From contig OY762492.1 in the NCBI GenBank assembly GCA_963665845.2, positions 2,880,001-2,944,000 on the forward strand: 64,000 nt of DNA, given 5' to 3'. Position numbers and translations under genes: made by a program. Each line of letters opens with the position of its first letter. Positions within the stretch are counted from its first letter, which is position 1. Origin of the DNA: Candidatus Poribacteria bacterium. GTDB taxonomy: Bacteria; Poribacteria; WGA-4E; GCA-2687025. Shown here one piece after another: positions 48,677 through 57,496 of this stretch. The notes beneath the pieces are model-generated. The model was not told the DNA's origin and ran no database searches. It was given only the letters and a program-made list of their open reading frames with translations.

Positions 48677-51600
48677 ATGGTGGACAGCCGGCAGGAAACA
48701 ACGACAGAGACCGCAACGCAACATAGCCTGAAGGTGGAGCGGCATTTTACCAGCCCCGACATCCACCCGTTCGACGACATCGAGTGGGTGGAGCGGCGCT
48801 CGGCGATCTATTCCGAGAAAGGCGAGACGATCTTTGAGGCGGACAATGTGCGCGTGCCGAAAAGCTGGTCGCAGCTTTCCACCGACATACTTGTCTCCAA
48901 ATACTTCCGAAAAGCGGGCGTCCCCGACACGGGCAGCGAACGCGGAGCCGATCAGGTCGTCCGGCGCGTCGCGCGGACGCTCCGAAACGCCGGCGAACAG
49001 GACGGGTATTTCGCCTCAACCGACGACGCCGACAACTTCGAAGCGGAACTGACGCATCTTCTCATCCACCAGATGGGCGCCTTCAATTCGCCGGTCTGGT
49101 TCAACTGCGGACTCTCGCAGGAATACGGCATTCAAGGCTCGCCCGGCAACTGGCGATACGACGAAAGCAAGGGCGAAGCGGTCATGCTGCAGGACAGCTA
49201 TCTCCATCCGCAAAACTCCGCCTGCTTCATTCAGTCGGTCGACGACGACCTGATGGCGATCTTTGAGCTGGCGCAGAACGAGGCGCGCCTTTTCAAGTTC
49301 GGCTCTGGTACCGGCACCAACTTCTCAACGCTGCGCGGAAGCATGGAGAAGCTGACCAGCGGCGGCACCAGCTCGGGGCTGATGTCGTTCCTGGAGGTCC
49401 TGGACCGAGGCGCCGGGGCGACCAAATCGGGCGGAACGACCCGACGAGCCGCCAAGATGGTCATCCTGGACATGGACCATCCCGAAATCGAAGAGTTCAT
49501 CAACTGGAAGGTGCGCGAAGAGGAGAAGGTGAGAGCGCTCATCGCCGCCGGCTACGACAGCGATTTCAACGGCGAGGCGTATAAGACCGTCTCTGGGCAG
49601 AACTCGAACAACTCGGTACGCATCACGGACGCTTTCATGGAAGCGGCGCTGAAAGACGGAACCTGGACGACGACGCTGCGCACCACCAAAGAGCAGCACA
49701 GCTCCCATAACGCGCGCGACCTGCTCAACCAGATTGCCGAAGCCGCATGGACGTGCGCCGACCCCGGCGTCCAGTTCGACTCGACCATCAACGACTGGCA
49801 CACATGCGCCAACGCCGACCGCATCTACGCCAGCAACCCGTGTTCCGAGTATATGTTCCTGAACGACTCGGCATGCAACTTGGCGTCGCTCAACCTGCTC
49901 AAATACCTGAACGCGGACGGCTCCTTCAACGTCGCCGACTACGAGTCCGCCGTCCGAACCTTCACCGTCGCGATGGAGATCATCGTCGGATTCTCCTCCT
50001 ATCCGACGAAGCGGATCGCCGAAAACAGCCATACGTACCGCCCGCTCGGTCTCGGATACGCGAACCTGGGCGCGCTGCTCATGGTGAAGGGCATCCCTTA
50101 CGAAAGCGAGGAAGGTTATGCGTGGTGCGCCGCGCTGACGGCGGTTCTGTGCGGGAAGGCGTATGTGACCTCCGCGGAAATCGCGTCTGTCAAGGGGCCG
50201 TTTGAAGGGTTTGAGCGCAACCGCGACCCGATGCTGCGCGTCATGAACAAGCACCGCGCCGCCGTGTACCGCATCAACCCTGAACGCTGCCCAAGCGAGC
50301 TGTTGAAAGCCGCCGAAAAGAACTGGAACGAGGCGGTTCAGATGGGCGAGGCGCATGGATACCGCAACGCGCAGGCGACCGTTCTGGCGCCGACCGGAAC
50401 CATCGGGCTGCTGATGGACTGCGACACCACAGGCATTGAGCCGGACTTTGCGCTGGTGAAATTCAAAAAGCTGGCGGGCGGCGGCTTTTTCAAGATCATC
50501 AACCAGTCGGTTCCGAGGGCGTTGGAGGCGCTCGGTTACTCCAAAGATCAGATCGACGCGATCGCCGCTTACGCTGTCGGAACGCCGACGCTCATGGGCG
50601 CGCCGTATATCAACCACTCGACGCTCCAGGAGCGCGGGCTGCGCGCCGAAGAGATCGACCGCATCGAAAAGGCGCTCCCAGGGGCGATGGACCTGAACTC
50701 CGCCGTCAACGTATGGACGCTCGGCGAAAAGACGGTCAAGCGGCTCGGCTACACGCCTGAAGAATACAACGATCCGCGTTTCAACCTGCTGGACGCGCTC
50801 GGTTTCACGCCGAATCAGGTTGAGGAGGCGACGAAGGCGGTCTGCGGGACGCAGACCGTGGAGGGCGCGCCCGACCTGAAAGAGGAGCATACCGCCGTCT
50901 TCGATTGCGCGAACCGGTGCGGCAAATACGGACAGCGCTCCATCTCTCCGATGGGGCATGTGCGGATGATGGCGGCGGCGCAGCCGTTCATCAGCGGCGC
51001 CATCTCCAAGACGGTGAACCTGCCGAACGAGGCGACCGTGGACGATGTGCGCGATGTGTATGTGGAATCGTGGCGGCTTGGGGTGAAGGCGATCGCGGTG
51101 TACCGAGACGGCTCCAAGGCGTCGCAGCCGCTCAGCGCCGGCGGAAGCGAGGAGGAAGCGGAGCTGGAGCAGGCGCAGGGTCCGGTGCGCCGCCGCCTGC
51201 CGGACGAACGCCAATCGATCACGCACAAGTTCAGCGTCGGCGAGCATGAGGGTTACATCACCGTCGGGCTGTACGAGGACGGATCGCCCGGCGAAGTGTT
51301 TTTGACGATGTCCAAAGAGGGGTCGACGATCTCTGGACTGATGGACGCCTTTGCGACGATGACCTCGCTCGCGCTTCAGTACGGCGTCCCGCTGGACGCG
51401 CTGGTGCGCAAGTTTTCGCATATGCGTTTTGAGCCGCAGGGGTTCACCAGCAACAAGCAGATACCGCTGGCGAAGTCGCTCATCGATTACATCTTCCGCT
51501 GGCTCGCGTTGAAGTTTGTGGATGAGGATCGGGAAAACGGCGACGCCGCAGTCTACCATGCGAATCTGGAGCGCGTTCAGATCTCCTCGCTGCCGTCGGC

Positions 51601-51754
51601 GGCGGACAGCGCGGACGGCGCGGAGACCCCGTTCGCAGGCGAGCCGTTCACCAAGTCGGACGGCGTCGCGTGCCACATGTGCGGCGCCATCATGCTGCGT
51701 TCTGGAACATGCTATGTGTGCGCCAACTGCGGCGCCAACACCGGCTGCGGCTAA
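48677..51754 (+). CDS. nrdJ: Class II (B12-dependent) ribonucleotide reductase with TSCPD domain
   Basis: FNSPVWFN, SACFI, GGTTRRAAKM, NPCSEY, APTGTI, GAISKTVN, C-terminal CHMCG..CANCG. Confidence 0.95.
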   Translation: MVDSRQETTTETATQHSLKVERHFTSPDIHPFDDIEWVERRSAIYSEKGETIFEADNVRVPKSWSQLSTDILVSKYFRKAGVPDTGSERGADQVVRRVARTLRNAGEQDGYFASTDDADNFEAELTHLLIHQMGAFNSPVWFNCGLSQEYGIQGSPGNWRYDESKGEAVMLQDSYLHPQNSACFIQSVDDDLMAIFELAQNEARLFKFGSGTGTNFSTLRGSMEKLTSGGTSSGLMSFLEVLDRGAGATKSGGTTRRAAKMVILDMDHPEIEEFINWKVREEEKVRALIAAGYDSDFNGEAYKTVSGQNSNNSVRITDAFMEAALKDGTWTTTLRTTKEQHSSHNARDLLNQIAEAAWTCADPGVQFDSTINDWHTCANADRIYASNPCSEYMFLNDSACNLASLNLLKYLNADGSFNVADYESAVRTFTVAMEIIVGFSSYPTKRIAENSHTYRPLGLGYANLGALLMVKGIPYESEEGYAWCAALTAVLCGKAYVTSAEIASVKGPFEGFERNRDPMLRVMNKHRAAVYRINPERCPSELLKAAEKNWNEAVQMGEAHGYRNAQATVLAPTGTIGLLMDCDTTGIEPDFALVKFKKLAGGGFFKIINQSVPRALEALGYSKDQIDAIAAYAVGTPTLMGAPYINHSTLQERGLRAEEIDRIEKALPGAMDLNSAVNVWTLGEKTVKRLGYTPEEYNDPRFNLLDALGFTPNQVEEATKAVCGTQTVEGAPDLKEEHTAVFDCANRCGKYGQRSISPMGHVRMMAAAQPFISGAISKTVNLPNEATVDDVRDVYVESWRLGVKAIAVYRDGSKASQPLSAGGSEEEAELEQAQGPVRRRLPDERQSITHKFSVGEHEGYITVGLYEDGSPGEVFLTMSKEGSTISGLMDAFATMTSLALQYGVPLDALVRKFSHMRFEPQGFTSNKQIPLAKSLIDYIFRWLALKFVDEDRENGDAAVYHANLERVQISSLPSAADSADGAETPFAGEPFTKSDGVACHMCGAIMLRSGTCYVCANCGANTGCG

Positions 51755-51999
51755 ACACAACGCGGCAAATGCGCGGGCTGGAGGCTTCGCTTCAGCCCGC
51801 GCTGTCTTTCCATGCCGTAAGGCAAATCGTCCGGCATCCGCGCGCATTAAAAGAACAAGGCCGCCTATTCATAAAGGCGGCCTCGCTAGATAAGGAGGTT
51901 AACGGATTCTCCCGCGGGGGAAGGAAATGTGCGGGAGAACCTTTCGCGCTAGAGTATAGCCGAAGCCGCGCCGCGATACAAACCTTTTTTCTGACCGCA

Positions 52000-52436
52000 T
52001 TGGGACAGCTGAACGGCCAAAGCCTTTATTGATGGAAAAAGGCGCCGCCAACCAGGTCGTTCCCCGCTTCCGCGAGGGCATGCATTCCCGCGCAAGCGGA
52101 AATCCAGAGTCGAACAGACAACGTCCGCGTTCATCCTAAGCGTTCAGCAGTACAATTCGTCATTCCCGCGCAAGCGGGAATCCAGAGGCGAACCCGAAAC
52201 CGCCCGCGTCCGGCCGCCGCAAGCGGCGGAAACCCCCCCAGCTCCCCTTTTCAAGGGGGGAGTCTCAGAAACCGCCCGCGCCGCGCCTCTTTCCGTCATT
52301 CCCGCGTCCGGCCGCCGCAAGCGGCGGAAACCCCCCAGCCCCCCTTTCAAGGGGGGAGTCCAGAAAGCCCCCGCGCCGCCTTCCCGTCATTCCCGCCCCC
52401 TCTCCTCGTCATTCCCGCGTAAGCGGGAATCTTAGG
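52000..52436. repeat. Mosaic repeat cluster: MITE arm, 22-nt insert, dRS3 copies, two hairpins
   Basis: Duplicated CGCGTCCGGCCGCCGCAAGCGGCGGAAACCCCCC...TTTCAAGGGGGGAGTC. Confidence 0.85.
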
Positions 52437-52440
52437 CAAC

Positions 52441-52469
52441 TTGAATCAAAAGACGGCTTCGCGTATACT
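52441..52469 (+). promoter_or_regulatory. Sigma70-like promoter for the MTase-nuclease pair
   Basis: TTGAAT-17 bp-TATACT. Confidence 0.6.
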
Positions 52470-52501
52470 GACACGCACACGGGCGAAATTGGACGCATAT
52501 T

Positions 52502-53425
52502 ATGTCTAGCAACAACAATCTGATCGCTGCGCAGAGGGCGAGGTTCGACGAGTTTTACACCCAACTTTCGGACATCGAGCGCGAACTCAAAGAGTACCGA
52601 GAGCATTTCAGCGGCAAAACGGTCTACTGCAACTGCGACGATCCCACTGTCAGCAATTTCACCCGTTATTTCCAGAAAAACTTCGAATTCTTCGATCTGA
52701 AACGGTTGATAACGACCTGCTACAAAAGCCGGCAGCCGAACCTCTTCAGCAAACACGACACGGAATCTGCTGTCTGGCTTGAGTATGTCGGCAACGGCAC
52801 AGAACCTATCGTCCGTCAACTGGAAGGCGACGGCGACTTCAAGAGCGACGAGTGCATTGAGTTTCTGAAGCAAGCGGACATTGTGGCCACAAACCCGCCA
52901 TTTTCTTTGTTCAACGAATACATCGCGCAGCTGATCGAATACCGCAAGAAGTTCCTCGTGATTGGCAACTTTAACGCGGTATCATACAAAAAGGTGTTCC
53001 CCCTTATCAAGAGCGGTAAAGTTTGGCTTGGTTTCAGCCCCAGAGGCATGACATTCGAAGTCCCCAACGATAATGGAGAAATATCCACCAAAACAACCAA
53101 CGCCGCATGGTTCACCAACCTTGACCACAGAAAGCGGCGTAAAGACATACGCATCTACAGGAAATACGCCCCTGAAGAATATCCGAAATACGACAACTAC
53201 GACGCCATCGAAGTAGGCAAGGTCGCTAAAATCCCAGCGGACTATGCTGGAGAAATGGGCGTGCCGATTACCTTTTTGGACAAGCACAACCCAGACCAGT
53301 TTGAAATTATCGGCATGGACCGACCGCTCATAACCCAGCTAACAGGCAAACAGAGCAGATTTAAAATCAACGGCGAAGAGATTTATGCGCGAATCGTCAT
53401 CCGCAACAGGAGGCTGCAGGAATGA
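52502..53425 (+). CDS. Adenine-specific DNA methyltransferase, M.EcoRI-like family
   Basis: DEFYTQL, VYCNCDDP, GDGDFKS.EC, ATNPPFSLF, WFTNL, MGVPITFLDK. Confidence 0.9.
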   Translation: MSSNNNLIAAQRARFDEFYTQLSDIERELKEYREHFSGKTVYCNCDDPTVSNFTRYFQKNFEFFDLKRLITTCYKSRQPNLFSKHDTESAVWLEYVGNGTEPIVRQLEGDGDFKSDECIEFLKQADIVATNPPFSLFNEYIAQLIEYRKKFLVIGNFNAVSYKKVFPLIKSGKVWLGFSPRGMTFEVPNDNGEISTKTTNAAWFTNLDHRKRRKDIRIYRKYAPEEYPKYDNYDAIEVGKVAKIPADYAGEMGVPITFLDKHNPDQFEIIGMDRPLITQLTGKQSRFKINGEEIYARIVIRNRRLQE

Positions 53426-54504
53426 AAATCGAGCCGCTCGATCTCACGGTGCGGGAGCTTGTCGCGGATTATGAGGATGACGGCGAAGATGGCGTGACTG
53501 GATACGGCGGCAAACTGGACATACGTCCGCCGTATCAGCGGGAGTTTATCTACAAAGACAAGCAACGCAACGCGGTCATCGAATCGATTCTGGAAGGATT
53601 CCCGTTGAACGTGATGTATTGGGCAGGCCGAAAAGACGGCAGGTTCGAGATCATCGATGGACAGCAGCGCACCATCTCCATAGCGCAGTATGTGGACGGC
53701 GATTTTTCGGTCGATGGGCTGTACTTCCACAATCAGCCGTCCGACATACAGGAATCGATACTGAATTACGAGCTGATGATCTACGTCTGTACTGGGAGCC
53801 ACAGCGATAAGTTGAAGTGGTTCAAGACGATCAACATTGCCGGAGAGGAGCTGTCCAACCAAGAATTGCGCAACGCCGTCTACGCTGGACCTTGGTTGTC
53901 GGACGCCAAAGGGTATTTTAGTCGGCGCACTTGCCCTGCGTCCGACGTCGGCAAAGATTATGTCAAAGGATCGTACATCCGGCAAGAGTACCTGGAGACC
54001 GCGATCCGATGGATCAGCGGCGACGAGATTGAGGACTACATGGGGACGCATCAGCATGACGAAAACGCGGAGCCGCTATGGGCATATTTTCAAGAGGTTA
54101 TCGAGTGGGTTGAGTCGACGTTCAGGACCAAAAGATCGTTCATGAAGGGCGTAGATTGGGGTACGCTGCACCGCGACTTTGGCGGCGCCGACCTTGACCC
54201 CGAAGAGATTGAGCGGAAAACCGCCCGACTTGTAGCGGACGATGACGTGACGCGGAACGCGGGCATCTACCCGTACATCCTGACGGGCGATGAAAAACAT
54301 CTGAACATACGCGCCTTTCCAGACAAGACGAAGCAAAAGGTGTACGAGAAACAGTCCGGCGTTTGCCCCGTCTGCGAGGACGAATTCGAACTCAAAGCGA
54401 TGGAAGCCGACCATAAGACGCCCTGGTCGGAGGGCGGCAAGACCGACGAGGAGAATTGCCAGATGCTTTGTAAATCGTGCAACAGGGAAAAGTCCGCGCG
54501 GTAA
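53422..54504 (+). CDS. DUF262 (GmrS/ParB-like) plus HNH endonuclease
   Basis: RPPYQREF, IIDGQQRT, F..IN..G, C-terminal CPVC..EADH..GG...NCQMLCKSCN; ATGA overlap with the MTase. Confidence 0.9.
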   Translation: MKIEPLDLTVRELVADYEDDGEDGVTGYGGKLDIRPPYQREFIYKDKQRNAVIESILEGFPLNVMYWAGRKDGRFEIIDGQQRTISIAQYVDGDFSVDGLYFHNQPSDIQESILNYELMIYVCTGSHSDKLKWFKTINIAGEELSNQELRNAVYAGPWLSDAKGYFSRRTCPASDVGKDYVKGSYIRQEYLETAIRWISGDEIEDYMGTHQHDENAEPLWAYFQEVIEWVESTFRTKRSFMKGVDWGTLHRDFGGADLDPEEIERKTARLVADDDVTRNAGIYPYILTGDEKHLNIRAFPDKTKQKVYEKQSGVCPVCEDEFELKAMEADHKTPWSEGGKTDEENCQMLCKSCNREKSAR

Positions 54505-54519
54505 TCCGCCGCGGCGGCG

Positions 54520-54595
54520 CGTCCGATTACCCTTGAAAAGGGGCTTTCTGGACTCCCCCTTGAAAAGGGGGGCTGGGGGGGTTTTCCGCGGGCGC
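54520..54595. repeat. CCCCCTTGAAAAGGGGG hairpin pair
   Basis: CCCTTGAAAAGGG...CTCCCCCTTGAAAAGGGGGGCTGGGGGG. Confidence 0.8.
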
Positions 54596-54613
54596 GCTGG
54601 TTACGCTTGGTTT

Positions 54614-54704
54614 TGAACTAGGATTAAAGGATTAGTAAGATTGCCAAGATAGCGATTTCAGGATTTTCTTGGCAATCTTTTCAATCTTGGCAATCCTAGT
54701 TCAG
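54614..54704. repeat. Palindromic element with 9-nt periodic AGGATT/AATCCT subrepeats
   Basis: TGAACTAGGATT-AAAGGATT-AGTAAGATT...AATCTT-TTCAATCTT-GGCAATCCTAGTTCA. Confidence 0.85.
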
Positions 54705-54717
54705 ACAATAACTGCGG

Positions 54718-56523
54718 CTAAGATTCCCGCTTGCGCGGGAATGACGACCTGATTGATGACATGAGGTCAGGATTTCCGCTTCCCCCGACGGGGCGGCAGG
54801 AGCGCAGCGCCGGCAGAAAATACTCCTCCGCGACCGTCTCCCAGCTCATTTTGCGGGCGATCTTGTAGCCGCGGTCTAGCAGCGCCTGCGCCTCGACCTC
54901 GTTTTTCGGGAGACGTTTAAACAGCTCCTCCGCGGCGTCGGCGGCGCGCCTGCGCTCGATCGCGTCCCGTTCCGCCCATCCGATCTGGTCAGCCGCTTCA
55001 GGGGACAGATGCCCGCCTTCAACCTGCGTGTAGTCGACCGCAATCAGGCTCGGCGGGTTCGGCTCCCCCGCCGCTTTTTGAACAAAGCCGACGCAGCCGC
55101 ACACGTTCGTCACGACGCAGACGGCGCCAAAACTGAGCGGCTCAATCTGCGCGATGCCGAACGGCTCATAGATCGACTGCCCGAATTCGGCGTCCGTCCC
55201 TTGACGGATGTCTAGAAAGCTCATGTCGGCGGGCATGCGCTCCCCGCACCGCTCCTGCGACCATCCGAACTGATTCACAAACACCACCTTCACGGCGCTG
55301 GAGCGTTCGTTGAACGCATTGACGGAGCGGGAGAGCGGTATCTCTCCGCCGACAAGGTCGGGATACCCCTCTCGATGATAGACGGGCCATCCGTACTCTT
55401 TTTCAAGGCGGCGCATCTCATCGCCGGGGCGCCCCGGCCCAATTTCGGTGGAGAGAATGAACATCGCGGCGGTCAGCCCCGCTTCGCGCAGCCGTTCGTC
55501 CAGCGTTTCCAGGACGCGCAGATCGCGCCACAGCCCCTTGCTGGGGACGAGCCGCGTCACATGCGTGAAGATGTAATCGGGCTGAAAACCGAGCAGGCGG
55601 CTTGCGTATTGAACGAGCCGCCCTTTTGCCGTTTTCTTTTCGTCTAAACCGATCCGCTTCGCCGGCGCGCCGTTGTAGACGAGGCGGATGTTCGCCTGCG
55701 CGCATTCATGGCTCAAGAATCGATACTCCTCTTTCACAAGGTCGCCGACCGCAAAGACGCCCCCGCAAAACTGCGCCCGTTCAATGAGCGCGTGCCGATG
55801 CGAACCCCACTGGTTGCCGAGCGCCTGTTCGATGGTTCTGCCCTGCGCGCGGCTCTGGCGCATCAGGTTGTAAAAGCGGGTGTCGTGTCCTGGGTGATGC
55901 TCAACATGGGCGCGGGCGGTGGAGACCTCGTGGGCGTAAAAGGCGGTACGGACGCCGCGTTCGTTCTCCATGACCGCTTTCAGCGCCGTCGGCATGCCCA
56001 TATACTCGTGGGCGATAAAGGCGGTTTCTTCGTTGTCTAAAAGGGCGCGGCATGCGTCGTATGCCGGCTCGGCGATGCGCATCCATTCGTCGTAATCATG
56101 CGCCTGTTCGTAGTCTCCCGACGCGACGCCGAACCGCTGATAGAAGGTGGCTTTGAAGTAGTCGTACTGCTGCGGGTTCAGTTGCGAGGTTTCGATGAGC
56201 AGCGTTTCAACCTCGGCGCTTTTGCCGTCCGGTTTGTTTTCAAGCAGCCGTTTTCCGTAGGAGATCCAGACGCGGTATTTTTCTTCAATCGGTTTAAAGA
56301 GGGCGCGCCAGGCGCCGTCGTCGATGCCGTCGCAGACCGAGTAAAGCGTTTTGGAGTTGCCGCCGAGCCGTTCGGCGGGGTCGGAGCCGAGGCTCCATGT
56401 TCCGACAAGGACGGTGCGGTCGACGGCGTTTTGGTAGGCGTCGGCGGTGAGCAGCCCCTCTAAGACGGTTCCGATGCCGCCCATTTTCTGCGTCGCTTCG
56501 TGCGTGATGTGTACGATGTTCAT
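54718..56523 (-). CDS. GT-B glycosyltransferase, glycogen synthase (GT3)-like
   Basis: HEATQKMGGIGTV (KxGG), AHEYM, YEPFGIAQIE (E-X7-E), MSW. Confidence 0.75.
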   Translation of the reverse strand: MNIVHITHEATQKMGGIGTVLEGLLTADAYQNAVDRTVLVGTWSLGSDPAERLGGNSKTLYSVCDGIDDGAWRALFKPIEEKYRVWISYGKRLLENKPDGKSAEVETLLIETSQLNPQQYDYFKATFYQRFGVASGDYEQAHDYDEWMRIAEPAYDACRALLDNEETAFIAHEYMGMPTALKAVMENERGVRTAFYAHEVSTARAHVEHHPGHDTRFYNLMRQSRAQGRTIEQALGNQWGSHRHALIERAQFCGGVFAVGDLVKEEYRFLSHECAQANIRLVYNGAPAKRIGLDEKKTAKGRLVQYASRLLGFQPDYIFTHVTRLVPSKGLWRDLRVLETLDERLREAGLTAAMFILSTEIGPGRPGDEMRRLEKEYGWPVYHREGYPDLVGGEIPLSRSVNAFNERSSAVKVVFVNQFGWSQERCGERMPADMSFLDIRQGTDAEFGQSIYEPFGIAQIEPLSFGAVCVVTNVCGCVGFVQKAAGEPNPPSLIAVDYTQVEGGHLSPEAADQIGWAERDAIERRRAADAAEELFKRLPKNEVEAQALLDRGYKIARKMSWETVAEEYFLPALRSCRPVGGSGNPDLMSSIRSSFPRKRES

Positions 56524-56639
56524 GGACAAGCCCTCCCGCTTCTATAGTAGCGCTTAATGGGGCGCGAGTCCGCAAAGACGCATCTTTCTTGCCTTGCCGT
56601 ACCGGATACGGCATAATCAGGGAAACGAGAGAAGAAACA

Positions 56640-56804
56640 TGGCCTCATGCATAAAGTTGGGACATTTGAACGAACAAACCTCTATTCATGGGAAAAAGGC
56701 GTCGTCAACCAGGTCGTCATTCCCGCGTAAGCGGGAATCTAGAGGCGCCGCCGAAACCGTCCGCGTTCGCCCGCCGGCATGTCCCAACTAAAGACGCAAG
56801 GTCA
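56640..56804. mobile_element. 165-bp MITE-like element (TG...CA)
   Basis: Ends TGGCCTCATGCATAAAGTTGGGACAT and ATGTCCCAACTAAAGACGCAAGGTCA; central dRS3 palindrome. Confidence 0.75.
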
Positions 56805-56822
56805 GAGAAACGGGCTGACATC

Positions 56823-57191
56823 ATGAGAACATCACATTATGCGTTCACTATAACCTTTGCGCTGTGCGCCGCCGCCATTTGCGCAACAACAGCGCTGGCT
56901 GCTAACCAGTCCGTCGCAAAAGATCTTTTGCGGGCGGAAGACGGCAGCGTGGTCGCAGGAACGGCGCTCGCCACTAAATCTGACATGGACAGATTGGACC
57001 GCCGACTGGACGATCTAGAGAAGGCGATCGTTCGGATTCAGACATGGGGCTTGGTCATTGGCTGCATCATCACGTTGGCGTCCCCAATTTTGACGGCGCT
57101 CTGGATTCGAAAATTCGGAACGCCTAAAACCATGGTACAGGATGACCAGGGGCGTCTCTTTATTGCGCTTGAAAAAAACGAGAAGAGGTAG
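56823..57191 (+). CDS. Small exported, membrane-anchored coiled-coil protein
   Basis: Signal peptide, LATKSDMDRLDRRLDDLE coiled coil, C-terminal transmembrane helix. Confidence 0.65.
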   Translation: MRTSHYAFTITFALCAAAICATTALAANQSVAKDLLRAEDGSVVAGTALATKSDMDRLDRRLDDLEKAIVRIQTWGLVIGCIITLASPILTALWIRKFGTPKTMVQDDQGRLFIALEKNEKR

Positions 57192-57283
57192 GGACGATTT
57201 CAGATCTGCCATGCGGCGTTGAATAGGAAGCCGTCGCATGGTCATAAGCGGAAGGCGGAAATCTTAGCCGCCGCAGACGCTGT

Positions 57284-57426
57284 CCGCGCCCGCGGAAAAC
57301 CCCCCCAGCCCCCCTTTTCAAGGGGGGAGTCCAGAAATACCGCGCCCGCGGAAAACCCCCCCAGCCCCCCTTTTCAAGGGGGAGTCCAGAAATACCGCGC
57401 CCGCGGAAAACCCCCAGCCCCTTTTT
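57284..57426. repeat. Tandem ~55-bp hairpin units
   Basis: CGCGCCCGCGGAAAACCCCCCCAGCCCCCCTTTTCAAGGGGG(G)AGTCCAGAAATAC, about 2.5 copies. Confidence 0.85.
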
Positions 57427-57449
57427 AGCGGGAGCGATCCGCGCGGCAT

Positions 57450-57478
57450 TTGACGAACCCGCCCAGCTTCTGTAAACT
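57450..57478 (+). promoter_or_regulatory. Sigma70-like promoter
   Basis: TTGACG-17 bp-TAAACT. Confidence 0.55.
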
Positions 57479-57496
57479 GACCATAAATATGTCCAT

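Noticed and set aside
49325-51847. 840-aa antisense ORF over nrdJ, and similar shadow ORFs (416-1357, 2771-4024, 43996-45177, 58874-60046)
   Set aside because: Typical GC-rich antisense shadows of real genes with no recognisable motifs.
52502-53425. GAATTC specificity for the M.EcoRI-family enzyme
   Set aside because: Family membership does not fix the recognition sequence, and nothing in the window establishes it.
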